Origin: a virus
Lineage: Duplodnaviria > Caudoviricetes
Length of the DNA stretch: 64,000 nucleotides
Strand: one strand, 5' to 3'
Virus record (IMG/VR): IMGVR_UViG_642973577_000001
Location: 1 to 64,000 of that record
In this document: positions 36,601 through 46,100 of the stretch, piece by piece
Layout of the letters: the number at the start of each line of letters is the position of its first letter
Numbering within the stretch: position 1 is the first letter of the stretch
The notes under the pieces: model-generated
Seen by the model: only the letters and a program-made list of their open reading frames with translations
What the model was told of the DNA's origin: nothing
Databases searched by the model: none
Translations under genes and position numbers: made by a program

Positions 36601-37551
36601 CAGAAGGCCGCGAACTTCCAGCCCAAGGTCGCCGGGTGGGAGTTCGACGACCACCTCAACGGCTACGTGAGCCACATCCGCCAGGCGTTCCACTGCCCGT
36701 GCGGCCAGGCCCACAACCCGCCGTCGCACGGCATGTGCCGCTGCGGCAAGCTTTGGTACACCTACGCCATCGGCACCGGCCAGCACCTGGCCAACGGCAA
36801 CGAGGCGGAGATGTTCCTGGCCCGCGAGATCCCCGTGCGGGAGAACGTGATCATGGCCAACCGCCAGTTCCGGTCGGCGGAGGAGTACAACAACGCCAGC
36901 GGCAACGGCCCGTACCAGGACTACCCGGAGGACGTCGAGTTCTACGACGACGACGAGATCGACCAGTCGACGCCGCACGCGCCAGGTGAGACCGACATGG
37001 ACACCCGCCGGTCGGCTGCAACCAGTCCTCCTTTCACTGGTGATCACGGTGGGTCAGAAGCCAGTGAATATGGAGTCAGCCATCCTGCCCCTCGTGAGAA
37101 GTGCGGCGAGTGCGGCTTCTATCACTACCCCAAGGAGGGGCACGGTTCTCCCATGAATCGTCGTCGTTCGGCGATCGAGCACGAGGACCCGGATCACACC
37201 GACCCCGCGTTCGGTGGCTGGCCGTTCGAGGAGCGCAAGCCCAAGCGCAACGACGGCAAGCGCACGGGCGCGAGCTACGGCGAGGACGACCACAACGTCG
37301 TCGACCGCAACGGCGAGAAGTTCTGCAGCGCCTGTGACGCCATGCTCTGGGACCCGAACGTCCACCACTGCCCTGCCAAGCAGGCTTCGCGGTCGTTCTT
37401 CGCAGACTGGACCAAGTTCACCGACGACGACAACGCCGGGTACGAGGAAGGCCCGAAGGAGCCACCGTCCACCACGCCAGGCAAGCAGCCGCCCAAGGAC
37501 TGGGCCAAGCGCGACGACAAGGGCAACTGGGTCAAGCCCCAGTTCAAGTAG
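33661..37551 (+). CDS. Large acidic low-complexity virion (head) polyprotein
   Basis: 1296 aa, upstream of portal, repeated R/K/H-x-A motifs, several Zn-ribbon modules. Confidence 0.75.
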   Translation: MSDFGLFEADTDAQQAPQRQQRQAANKLANAIYDVRDQYGPFLMGSTGKDEFEDRWHHAKTDIRKTVEAAGAFPNTGVMRRIHNAMKREFVATLGDDNSDDPTKKPKDDGDKARTINDSQYKKVQDGDPSVKDDVKTNTGDGSDAEGRNPSSTTGPQGDPRDSGPERKKSSRRHAAGENGDEGPFGSDPRKCSHENSEPLGNGQKECYDCGEIVKTGRRYAENFDGDLVPKGNFDAYLDSVDNGGPEKVQRNFTDGDDSGEDKPSSREARRLAVDLYKDFAEANGLREAKLSTLDHYADTGIDDSTYFMLANLIRQADENCDCDDDEDTDGPGGSDSDSDGPPKGAAEKGGESSSDDDSEDDGGSDSDSGDDDAPESDGGSDDGGENPFAESDSDSDAPSEDAGPSADDAGPAGDPQAPPGPPDLGPEDGGDPAGLEAPPGPPSLDDAPPLAQDDFSGVDELTPDAAGQLPPDTELVQVEQIEDALGLPPGTLEQLLADSIAHGGPPQPHGAGPVASRRYVAFGEGADPAAGGQAVAPAAPAPAAAPAPAMPGPDDGALLDQASQAVTNLVDQKTQEYQTIIDPLQQALQAIQFAQQVEQAANPLDVTPPEGTVDVNPQSAVDPAAEAQAASIQAPAPQTSAGPPPPGPGGMPAPAPAPAGGDSGGSSESDSGEKKESSRQLDLRRHAFKLAQYWGLSEQGYQTVLAAMSRKHYQHVAEAIQTLPPEHRMGIAASLADMFSTDNVRFNTGQFMASAGVPMGADAIHMAKSTDDFHTYNDRGGEPGDYERNNRGYSDVGNGMVQDWETGEVYPHPGKKARVAANPADRAGDRWRDGKDRASADAEEYDTDPDNWEEREAARLGLRQGSRRPFVIRSRTTGGGRTAGETWKPPGGGQALDAFEFPGQGEKAEFSDNMKINDLPGQKAKSAGVVEDFQRFDKRRAEQGLNVGGEGEVDSFLQNKKVGPRAQDKLHEEIGLQPHQKAANFQPKVAGWEFDDHLNGYVSHIRQAFHCPCGQAHNPPSHGMCRCGKLWYTYAIGTGQHLANGNEAEMFLAREIPVRENVIMANRQFRSAEEYNNASGNGPYQDYPEDVEFYDDDEIDQSTPHAPGETDMDTRRSAATSPPFTGDHGGSEASEYGVSHPAPREKCGECGFYHYPKEGHGSPMNRRRSAIEHEDPDHTDPAFGGWPFEERKPKRNDGKRTGASYGEDDHNVVDRNGEKFCSACDAMLWDPNVHHCPAKQASRSFFADWTKFTDDDNAGYEEGPKEPPSTTPGKQPPKDWAKRDDKGNWVKPQFK

Positions 37552-37584
37552 CCGGTAAGTACCGGCCCGACCGAATGAGGACAT

Positions 37585-37947
37585 ATGGCAAGTGCCGACC
37601 TCTGCTTCGGGTGCAAGGCGTTCAAGGAGATCGCCTACACCGAGGCTGGAACTAACCGCACCTTCTGCCAGCCGTGCGCGCTCCAGCTTCCTCCGACCTC
37701 GGAGGAGCTGGCGCTGCTGTTCATCTCGATCACGAACCCGTTCAAGATCGGCGATCGAGTGGAAGCGCGCACGGCGGGCCAGGTCTATGACGGCATCGGC
37801 ACGGTCGACGACATCAGCACCCAGATCATCAACGGAGGCACGCCGGTCTACCCGAGCTTCCACGTGGTGCTGGAGACCAAGGAACACGACCTGGCACCTG
37901 ACGCTGCCTGGTACACCGAGATCTGCCTGAGGAAGGTTGACGCATGA
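37585..37947 (+). CDS. Hypothetical protein with Zn ribbon
   Basis: CxxC...CxxC; GAGG RBS. Confidence 0.75.
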   Translation: MASADLCFGCKAFKEIAYTEAGTNRTFCQPCALQLPPTSEELALLFISITNPFKIGDRVEARTAGQVYDGIGTVDDISTQIINGGTPVYPSFHVVLETKEHDLAPDAAWYTEICLRKVDA

Positions 37948-40463
37948 TGGTCCCGAACGATCCGCCGCAGAGCTACGCGCTGTGGATTCCCAAGAGCGCG
38001 ACGGTGAGTCCCAACCCCGTCACCGAGGCCCGCCGCGCCATGAGCCGGATGGACACCCCCGATGGTCTGGTGAGCAACCGCACCCTCGTGCAGTCGATGC
38101 GCAAGAGCGGCTCCAACATGCAGATCGCCTTGCCGAAGGTGAGGCAGCCTCTGGGCACGCTCGCCGACAAGGGCATCCCCTACAACGTCGAGGACGAGGA
38201 CGAACTCAAGGACATCCGGCGCTGGTGCCGCCTGTTCTACGCCACCCACGACCTGGTGCCTCTGCTCATCGACATCTACAGCCGGTTCCCGGTCGTCGGC
38301 ATGGAGTTCGACAGCAAGGACCCGCTGATCAAGAAGTTCTACGAGGAGATGTTCCTGGGTCCCGACCTGGACTACCTCAGCTTCCTGCCCGACCAGTTCG
38401 GGCGCGAGTATTTCACCGTCGGCGAGGTCACCAGCCTGGCCCACTTCAACGAGAGCCTCGGCGTCTGGTCCAGCGAGGAGATCCTGGACCCCGACATGCT
38501 GCGCATCAGCCGGTCGATGTTCGTCCAGCGTGACCGCGTGCAGCTCATGGTCAAGGAGATGGTGGAGAACCTCCGCCAGGGTCCGATGAGCGACGGCTCC
38601 AGCCTGTCGACCACCGAGGAGACCCCGAGCGAGCGCCTGCAGCGCAACCGCGAGTACCAGGAGCTGGTCGAGAAGTACCCCGAGATCATCGAGGCCGCTG
38701 CTCAGAACGACGGCCTGGACATCTCCGACGCGCTGATCAGCCGCGTGGTCAACCGCAACACGCCGTGGGCCAAGCGCGGCACCCCGCACCTGCTGCGCAG
38801 CTTCCGCACGCTCATGCAGGAGGAGTCGCTCAACGCCGCCCAGGACGCGGTGGCCGATCGCCTCTACAGCCCGCTGATCCTGGCCACCCTCGGCTCGGAG
38901 AACCTCGGCGACGGCACCCCGTGGCTGCCGACCCAGGACGAGCTGGACGACGCCCGCGACGACTTCCAGACCGCGCTGGCCGCTGACTTCCGCCTGGTCG
39001 TGCACAACTTCGGCCTCAAGGTCGAGAACGTGTTCGGTCGCGAGAGCGTGCCGAACCTAGACGCCGACTACGAGCGCGTCGAGCGCAAGCTGCTCCAGGC
39101 GTGGGGCATCGGCGAGGCGCTCATCTCCGGTGGCTCGGGCGGCGCGTACGCCAGCTCGGCGCTCAACCGCGAGTTCGTCACCCAGATGATGGTGGGCTTC
39201 CAGAACCACCTCAAGCGTCACATCACCAAGCGGGCCGAGATCATCGCCGAGGCCCAGGGTCACTTCGACTACGACCTCAAGGGCGGCGTGCGCGTGCCGA
39301 TCTACCGTGAGATCGTCGAGCGTGACCCCGAGACCGGTGAGGAGTACATCCGCAAGGTGCCCAAGCTGCTGATCCCCGAGGTGAAGTTCTCGACGCTGAA
39401 CCTGCGCGACGAGAGCCAGGAACGCGCCTTCATCGCCCAGCTCAAGGCCATGGGCGTGCCGGTGTCGGACAAGACGATGAGCGTCAACATCGACATGGAG
39501 TTCGAGCAGGAGCTGGAGCGCCAGTCCGAGGAGAGCGTCAACAAGCTCATGGCCACCGCGCAGACGATGGCCAAGGTCCAGAAGCTCTGCGACGAGCAGA
39601 ACCTGCCGTACCCGCCGGAGCTGGCCCAGCACCTCACCGCCACGCTGCAGCTGCGTCAGGGCAAGACCCAGACCGAGCTGGGCGAGGCCCAGGCCGTCGC
39701 CGGTATCGACCAGGCCGAGCTGCAGGACATGCAGATCGACATGCAGAAGTCGATGCTGGAGCAGCAGCTGTCGGGCGGCATGGCACCCCCAGGAGCCATG
39801 GGAATGGCTCCAGGAGCGCCCGGAGGACCTCCGGGAGGGGCAGAGCCTGGTCCGCCGGGAGCTGTGCCGCCAGGGACGCCGCCAGAGGGTCAGGTGGCCG
39901 GTCCGGGTGGAGCGCCGCCGCAGGCGCAGGGTCCTGGTGCTCCGGCACCGGGCAGCCCCGCCGCTGGCTTCTTCGCCGCCGCCCGCCGTCACGGTGGCAC
40001 TCAGGTCAACGGTCCGCAGGCCACCGGCCCAGCGGCCAAGGGTCCGCAAGGCCCGATGGGACCCGAGCTGCCTCCGGGCGTGCCGGAGCCGCACGAGCCG
40101 CAGCGCAACCGCCTGCGTCCCGAGGAGAGCGACGACAACCACCCCGGCGGCAACCTCAAGCCCGCCAGCCGCAACCGCTGGACGGCAGGCCCGTCGTCAC
40201 TAGGACGTCGTGACCAGGTGAGCGAGGCGTTCGTGGAGCAGCAGGTCAGCCGCCGCGAGGTGCAGGCCGCTGGTGCCCCACGGGTGTCGGACCTGATCCG
40301 GGACAACGCCTTCTACCGGTCGCTCAACGCCGACCAGTACCGTGGCCAGATCCAGGCCGACTGGCCGGAGATCCAGGCTGGCGGTGCGTCGGAGTCGCGG
40401 TCGATTCTGGAGGACCTGATCGAGCAGTTCAAGGAAGTGTTCGGCGTCGAGCCGCAGTGGTGA
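37944..40463 (+). CDS. Portal protein with C-terminal low-complexity extension
   Basis: Size, position, helical core, RGTPHLLR and GEALISG motifs recalled from related myovirus portals. Confidence 0.75.
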   Translation: MMVPNDPPQSYALWIPKSATVSPNPVTEARRAMSRMDTPDGLVSNRTLVQSMRKSGSNMQIALPKVRQPLGTLADKGIPYNVEDEDELKDIRRWCRLFYATHDLVPLLIDIYSRFPVVGMEFDSKDPLIKKFYEEMFLGPDLDYLSFLPDQFGREYFTVGEVTSLAHFNESLGVWSSEEILDPDMLRISRSMFVQRDRVQLMVKEMVENLRQGPMSDGSSLSTTEETPSERLQRNREYQELVEKYPEIIEAAAQNDGLDISDALISRVVNRNTPWAKRGTPHLLRSFRTLMQEESLNAAQDAVADRLYSPLILATLGSENLGDGTPWLPTQDELDDARDDFQTALAADFRLVVHNFGLKVENVFGRESVPNLDADYERVERKLLQAWGIGEALISGGSGGAYASSALNREFVTQMMVGFQNHLKRHITKRAEIIAEAQGHFDYDLKGGVRVPIYREIVERDPETGEEYIRKVPKLLIPEVKFSTLNLRDESQERAFIAQLKAMGVPVSDKTMSVNIDMEFEQELERQSEESVNKLMATAQTMAKVQKLCDEQNLPYPPELAQHLTATLQLRQGKTQTELGEAQAVAGIDQAELQDMQIDMQKSMLEQQLSGGMAPPGAMGMAPGAPGGPPGGAEPGPPGAVPPGTPPEGQVAGPGGAPPQAQGPGAPAPGSPAAGFFAAARRHGGTQVNGPQATGPAAKGPQGPMGPELPPGVPEPHEPQRNRLRPEESDDNHPGGNLKPASRNRWTAGPSSLGRRDQVSEAFVEQQVSRREVQAAGAPRVSDLIRDNAFYRSLNADQYRGQIQADWPEIQAGGASESRSILEDLIEQFKEVFGVEPQW

Positions 40464-40509
40464 TACACTCTGACCCTGTAGTGCTAGTCAAATAGTCGAC
40501 AGGGGAATA

Positions 40510-40863
40510 GTGCCCACGCCATACGAGAAGCCCGCGCCGGAGATGCACGAGAACACCGAGATGGAGTTCGGTATCCGGCTCCCGAACGGTGAAGAGGTCT
40601 GGCCTCCCGAGCTGTATATGGGCAAGATCCAGTACCAGGAATCCGCCGAGCGTGCGATCATCATGTCGGCCATCGCCGACGGTATCCGCAACATGGGCCT
40701 GCCGTTCGACGAGACGCTCGCGCAGTTCCAGTGGTTGACTCGCTACAAGCGCACGATCACCCTGACCTCGTACCTGGACCGCGTGGACGAGAACCCGATT
40801 GACCACCCGGCGATGACCGAGCAGTCGCGGTACTCCGAAACGGGTACTCAGGACCCGGAATAG
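40510..40863 (+). CDS. Hypothetical protein
   Basis: High-GC3 ORF after the portal. Confidence 0.7.
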   Translation: MPTPYEKPAPEMHENTEMEFGIRLPNGEEVWPPELYMGKIQYQESAERAIIMSAIADGIRNMGLPFDETLAQFQWLTRYKRTITLTSYLDRVDENPIDHPAMTEQSRYSETGTQDPE

Positions 40864-40891
40864 GTGTAACCACTACCGGAAGGGGAGCATC

Positions 40892-41059
40892 GTGCTCATC
40901 CTCGGAATCATCCTGATCGTCGTGGGTCTGCTCGTGCCATCGCTGCACGTGCTGTTCACCATCGGCGTCATCCTGGCCGTCATCGGCCTGGTCCTGCTGG
41001 TGCTCCCCGGCATCGGCGTGAACGGCGGTCGCCCCATCGGCGGACGTCGCTGGTACTAA
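40892..41059 (+). CDS. Small two-TM protein (DUF6131-like)
   Basis: LILGIILIVVG...IGGRRWY; not in the ORF track. Confidence 0.7.
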   Translation: MLILGIILIVVGLLVPSLHVLFTIGVILAVIGLVLLVLPGIGVNGGRPIGGRRWY

Positions 41060-41156
41060 CCTGGTCGGGGTCTTGCCGTGCGCAAGGGCGGGTCGCTTGA
41101 CGGCAGCAGGGTCCGCCGCCCCAACCAGTTCCCACCCACAGTGAAGAAGGAGCCAA

Positions 41157-41864
41157 GTGGCCGACGTACGTTTCACCAGTGTCATGCCCGTCGAGTTGAT
41201 CGACACCAACTTCTCCGACGCCCGCGTGTGCATCGCGGCTCGGACGTCAACCGCAGGAGCTGGCGCTGATGACGCCGAGCGGTTCGGCCTGATCAACGCG
41301 CTGATGCGCGACCGTCACGGCACTCCGTTCGAGCACATGAACGTCACGGTCCGGGTCACCGCACCGATCTTCGTCTGGCGCGAGCACCATCGTCACCGGG
41401 CGGGGTTCAGCTACAACGAGGAGTCGGGCCGCTACAAGCAGCTCGATCCGGTGTTCTACATCCCGTCGGTCGGGCGAGGCATCGCCAAGGTCGAGGGGAC
41501 CAAGAGCATGGACTACGTGCTCGCCATGGGAACCGGCGAGCAGCGCCGTATGGTCGACAGCGCCACGCACCAGGTGTGCGTGCTCGCCTATGAGGCCTAC
41601 GAGCGCCAGCTGGAGGGAGGCATCGTGCGCGAAGTCGCTCGCATGATCCTGCCCGTCAGCATCATGAGCACCTGCATCGTCACGATGAACGCCCGGTCGC
41701 TGATGGCCTTCCTCAGCCTCCGCCAGCGTCACGACGACGCCCTGTTCCCGAGCAAGCCCCAGTGGGAGATCAACCAGGTGGCCGACCAGTACGAGTCGAT
41801 CCTGGCCCAGTACGCGCCGATGACGCACCGGGCCTTCGTGCAGAACCGCCGAGTGGCACCCTAA
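41157..41864 (+). CDS. thyX: Flavin-dependent thymidylate synthase
   Basis: HGTPFEH, RHR..FSYNEESGRY, NARSL..FLSLR, QWEI. Confidence 0.95.
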   Translation: MADVRFTSVMPVELIDTNFSDARVCIAARTSTAGAGADDAERFGLINALMRDRHGTPFEHMNVTVRVTAPIFVWREHHRHRAGFSYNEESGRYKQLDPVFYIPSVGRGIAKVEGTKSMDYVLAMGTGEQRRMVDSATHQVCVLAYEAYERQLEGGIVREVARMILPVSIMSTCIVTMNARSLMAFLSLRQRHDDALFPSKPQWEINQVADQYESILAQYAPMTHRAFVQNRRVAP

Positions 41865-41893
41865 ACCGTCCATACTCTCAAAAAGGCCAGGTC

Positions 41894-42145
41894 ATGCCAC
41901 AAATCGACGTCGAGTACAAGACCATCATGACAGCGAGCATCGACGAGGCTGAGAGCCTCGCGGGCTACCTGAACGAGCACGGCGTGTTCGCCGTCGTCAA
42001 CAGCGCCGATCACTCGGTGAGCGCCACGACGACCGACGCCGACTCCGACGCGCTGATCCGCACGCTCAAGGGCACCTGGCGTGCCTTCTGGGAGAACAGC
42101 GACTCGGGCCTGTTCGGGCTACCCATGTTCGTCAAGGAGAGCTGA
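41894..42145 (+). CDS. Hypothetical protein
   Basis: High-GC3 ORF. Confidence 0.65.
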   Translation: MPQIDVEYKTIMTASIDEAESLAGYLNEHGVFAVVNSADHSVSATTTDADSDALIRTLKGTWRAFWENSDSGLFGLPMFVKES

Positions 42146-42201
42146 TGGTGGAGCGTGTGGGGCGCTGTGATCCCGTGGGCGACCGCAAGCGGATCGAAGC
42201 C

Positions 42202-42711
42202 ATGAAGATCAAGGACGCCAGCGCCGAGCAGTCCAAGAAGACCGGCGGCATGGTCGCGCTCTACCCGCGTCGTCAGGACCTGGAGAACCTGGTCATCGAC
42301 GACCCCAAGGCCGAGCCGATCGACGACCTGCACATGACAGTGATCTTCCTCGGCGAGGACGTCACCGGGCAGGACCCTACAGAGCTGATCAGTCAGCTCG
42401 ACTACATGGCGCAGAACTACCAGCCGATCGAGGCCAAGGTGTTCGCCCACGCGGCGTTCAACCCGACCGGCGACGAGCCGTGCGCGGTCTACCTGGTCGG
42501 CGACAACATCGACATCGTGGACTTCTACCAGGACATGAAGAAGTTCGTCGAGGACCGCTACCCCGGCTCCAAGGAGCAGCACCCGGTGTATACTCCACAT
42601 ATTACAGCGGGCTACGGTATCCCCATCTCAAAACTGCAGTTCACGGGGGAGATTACTCTCGAACGCATCGGTCTCCGGTGGCAAGGCGAGGAACACGACT
42701 GGGACCTGTAA
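42202..42711 (+). CDS. 2H phosphoesterase (2'-5' RNA ligase/Acb1-like)
   Basis: Two HxT motifs, LHMTV and PHITA; alternative start at 42145. Confidence 0.8.
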   Translation: MKIKDASAEQSKKTGGMVALYPRRQDLENLVIDDPKAEPIDDLHMTVIFLGEDVTGQDPTELISQLDYMAQNYQPIEAKVFAHAAFNPTGDEPCAVYLVGDNIDIVDFYQDMKKFVEDRYPGSKEQHPVYTPHITAGYGIPISKLQFTGEITLERIGLRWQGEEHDWDL

Positions 42712-43148
42712 TGCAGGGTCTTCGGATGCCGGTACTGCCTGGTCACGCGGCCAAGGTGCTGACCGAGAAGGTGGAGCGGCTGGACAACGGCTGCCTGGTG
42801 TCTTCTCGCACGCCGTCGCAGGTTCGCCCGTGCGTCGGCATCCCCGGACGCCGGAGGGTGCTCGCCTACCGCGTGGTGGCCGCAGTGGCGGCGGGACGCC
42901 CGATCGAGGCCGACGAGGACGTCCACCACACGTGCGAGAACTGCCGCTGTGTAGAGCCTGATCACCTGGTCATTCAGCCCAGGGAAGAGCACCGCATCCA
43001 CCACGCCGAGGAGAAGCGTCAGGACGCCTGCTCGGTGCACGGCACCCCGTACGATCGCATCGACGACAGAGGCTGGGGTATCTGCCTGGCGTGCCGTCGT
43101 GACGCTATGCGTCGGCTCCGCGCCGCCAAGAGGCTCGTGAACCTGTAG
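42711..43148 (+). CDS. HNH homing endonuclease
   Basis: AYRV...HHTCENCRCVEPDHL; C-terminal CxxH...CxxC. Confidence 0.8.
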   Translation: MQGLRMPVLPGHAAKVLTEKVERLDNGCLVSSRTPSQVRPCVGIPGRRRVLAYRVVAAVAAGRPIEADEDVHHTCENCRCVEPDHLVIQPREEHRIHHAEEKRQDACSVHGTPYDRIDDRGWGICLACRRDAMRRLRAAKRLVNL

Positions 43149-43177
43149 CAAGACCCTGTTCGCCCCGGAAGTAGTAG
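43141..43177 (+). promoter_or_regulatory. Putative late promoter
   Basis: ACCTG-N22-GAAGTAGTAG. Confidence 0.65.
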
Positions 43178-43196
43178 AGGCTTCCGAGGAGGACAG

Positions 43197-46100
43197 ATGC
43201 AGCACGTCTACACCGACGACTACGGCTACGGTCAGGTCGTCGAGTCCAAGGTCACTCGCGGTCGCACCGAGTACCGCGTGGCTGGACCGGACTTCGACGT
43301 CTGGATGCCAGCGACCAAGGTGGCTTTCGCCCCGGTGGACCGCAGCAACAGCGTCGACCTGCCGTACGACCCGGCTCCGCAGTTCGGAGTCGGCCCGCTC
43401 ACCGAGAGCACGATCCAGCCGATTCACGAGATCGACGCCGACGAGCGCACCAGCCCCGCCGACTCGCAGACGTTCGAGAACCGCAGCCGCGACGAGGGCG
43501 ATGAGCGCGGCGAGCCGGGACCCAACCCTGACCTCTTCGCCAAGAGCGCCGCGCTGGGCGACTACCCGCGTGGTGCCGGTGGCATCGAGGCAGGACCGGA
43601 CGAGGCGCACGCGCACTGGATGGACCAGAACCAGGGCCAGGCCTGGGAGCACGAGTCGCCGTACTACCAGGGCGGCGACGGTCCCTCGCAGGACTACATG
43701 GACCACCACGGCACCGAGGGCTGGCTGCCCGAGGACGAAGATCCGCTGGCGGCGGCGATGGCCCACGAGGACAGCGGCCACGACCCCGGCGACCACGAGC
43801 GGATGAACGCCGACTACTGGCGTGGCCAGGACGCGGAGCTGAACCGGTTCGGCAGCTACCACGAGGCCGACGTGCTCAACACCGACGTCGAGCGCACGCC
43901 GTTCGAGCCTGACTACATGATCGTCAACGACACCGACGACGACTACCTGCGTGACGTGGACGTCCAGGAGGACGAGCGCGAGACGACCGGCCCGGAGGGC
44001 ATCGTCCACTTCGCCGGTCGCATCATGCACGCCAACCCGGCAGCGGCTCTGGCCGTACCGCTGGCGCGTGGACTGGCCACCGGCCTGGCCGGAGGAGCCG
44101 CCGAGCGCGTCATGGGTGGCGGCAGCAACGACATGGCAGCCCCGCCGCAGGGCGGCGAGGAGCAGGGTGGCGCACCGGGCAACCCGGTCACCGACCTGGG
44201 CAACAAGGCTAAGGAGCAGCTGACCAAGGAGGACCCGCTGCCCCTGCCCGACCTCGGCTACGGCTGGGGCGACATGACCGGCAAGATGGGCAGCTACCGG
44301 CCCGCCGGTCTCGACGAGAGGTACGCCGACATCACGGCCTCTGTCGACCCGATGGTGGCTCAGTTTCGCAACGACCCGGCGGCATTCATCGAGCGTGTGG
44401 GCCACTCGCAGAGCGAGGGACTGAACCCGCGCATCGCGCAGTACGGCGAGATGGTCGAGGCCGACGAGATGCTGCGCACCGCAGCGTGGGCCGACGTCCG
44501 GGCCAAGGCCAAGCGCCTGCGCGCTGAGGGCCGCGTCCACGTCAAGGACGTCGACTACGACCGCATCTACGCGACGGTCCAGGGCGACCACGGCACCTAC
44601 GAGACCATGATCAAGAAGGGCGGTGCCTACGGCGGCAACGGTGGCCAGTCGATCACGCACTGGCACTGCGGCTGCGAGTGGGGCAAGTGGGCCTTCGCCC
44701 GCCGCCTGACCTTCGTGGGACGGCTGTGCTCGCACGGCTACGCCGCCTACCAGGAGATGCAGTCGGCGCACGTCAAGGGCAAGCCACGCCGTCAGCGCAA
44801 GAACCCGCGCAACGCCTCGGTGCACGAGGCCAACCCAGCGGCGCTGCTGGCTCCGCTGGTGATGCGTGCCCTGCCGTCGCTGGCCGGTGGAGCCATCGGT
44901 GAGCACCTCTCCGACGACGAGGGTGGCGAAGGCGGCGGCGGCATGATGGGCGCTATCTCGCCCGCCTCGGCCATCCTCGGTTCGACCCACTACGCGGGCG
45001 AGGACGAGACCACCCAGGACTGGAAGGTCAAGGGCACAGGCGAGGCCAAGAGCGCGCTGGAGGACATCCGCGACTGGGCCGAGACCCCGCAGGAGGACGA
45101 CTTCGGCAACATGGAGAACCGGGTCGAGGAGATCCGGGACGCCGTGGAGCGCGCCCGCGAGCAGGGCGTGGACGCCGACCAGCTGGTGGCCAGCCTCCGG
45201 CGTCAGGCCGCACCGGGCGACGACCCATTCGCGCCTGGCAGCCCGCTGGGCGGACAGCCTCCGGCCCAGGACCCCACGGGCGGCGGTCTGCAGAACCCCG
45301 CAGCGCCCCGTCCACCGGGCGGCAGCGCAGCACCGGGTCAGATCGGACCCTTCCCCGCTCCGCAGTCGGTAGCCGACCAGCAGCGGGCACCAGAGACGGC
45401 CACCCCGTTGGGTGAGCTGCTCGGCGCTCCGCCGCCATCGGCACCCGCACCGTCGACCCAGGCCCAGTCGCCGACGGCTGGACCGGGCACCGGCAACAGC
45501 GAGGGCATCCAGGGTCCGGGCATCCCCGGCAACCCCGGAGCGCCTGCCGAGTCGGTGTACAAGGACTGGTACGGCGATCCCGGCGCGGACGCCGACACCG
45601 GCACGACTGATCAGTCCAGCGGCTCCACCGGAGGCGGAGGCGGCGGAGGCGGCGCGGCAACGCCAGGAACGGGCGACAGCGCCACCCCTGACGTCGCGCT
45701 GGACGCTGCATCCGGCGGTGAGGCCTCGGCACCAGGTAGCGCGGAGGCCACCACCGACGCGGCTACCAACCCGGCCACCGACGAGCAGCAGGACACGGCC
45801 AACACCGAGGGCACGGGCACGGGCGCACCGGACCCGATGTCCAGCGACACCGGCTCGTCCATGGGCGGCTTCGACATGAGCCAGATCGGCGACACCGTGA
45901 GCGGCATCAGCGATGCCGTCTCGTCGGGCGTGGGCGCGGCCACCGACATCGCCAGCTCGATCGGCGACATGATGAGCAGCTTCACCGCATCGCGGCAGGC
46001 GTCCCTGGAGGCCGACCCCGAGTGGATCAAGCTGGCCTACCCGGACGGCGCACCCGACCACAAGCCGTTCAACGGCTCGGGAGGCACGCAGAAGGTCGAC

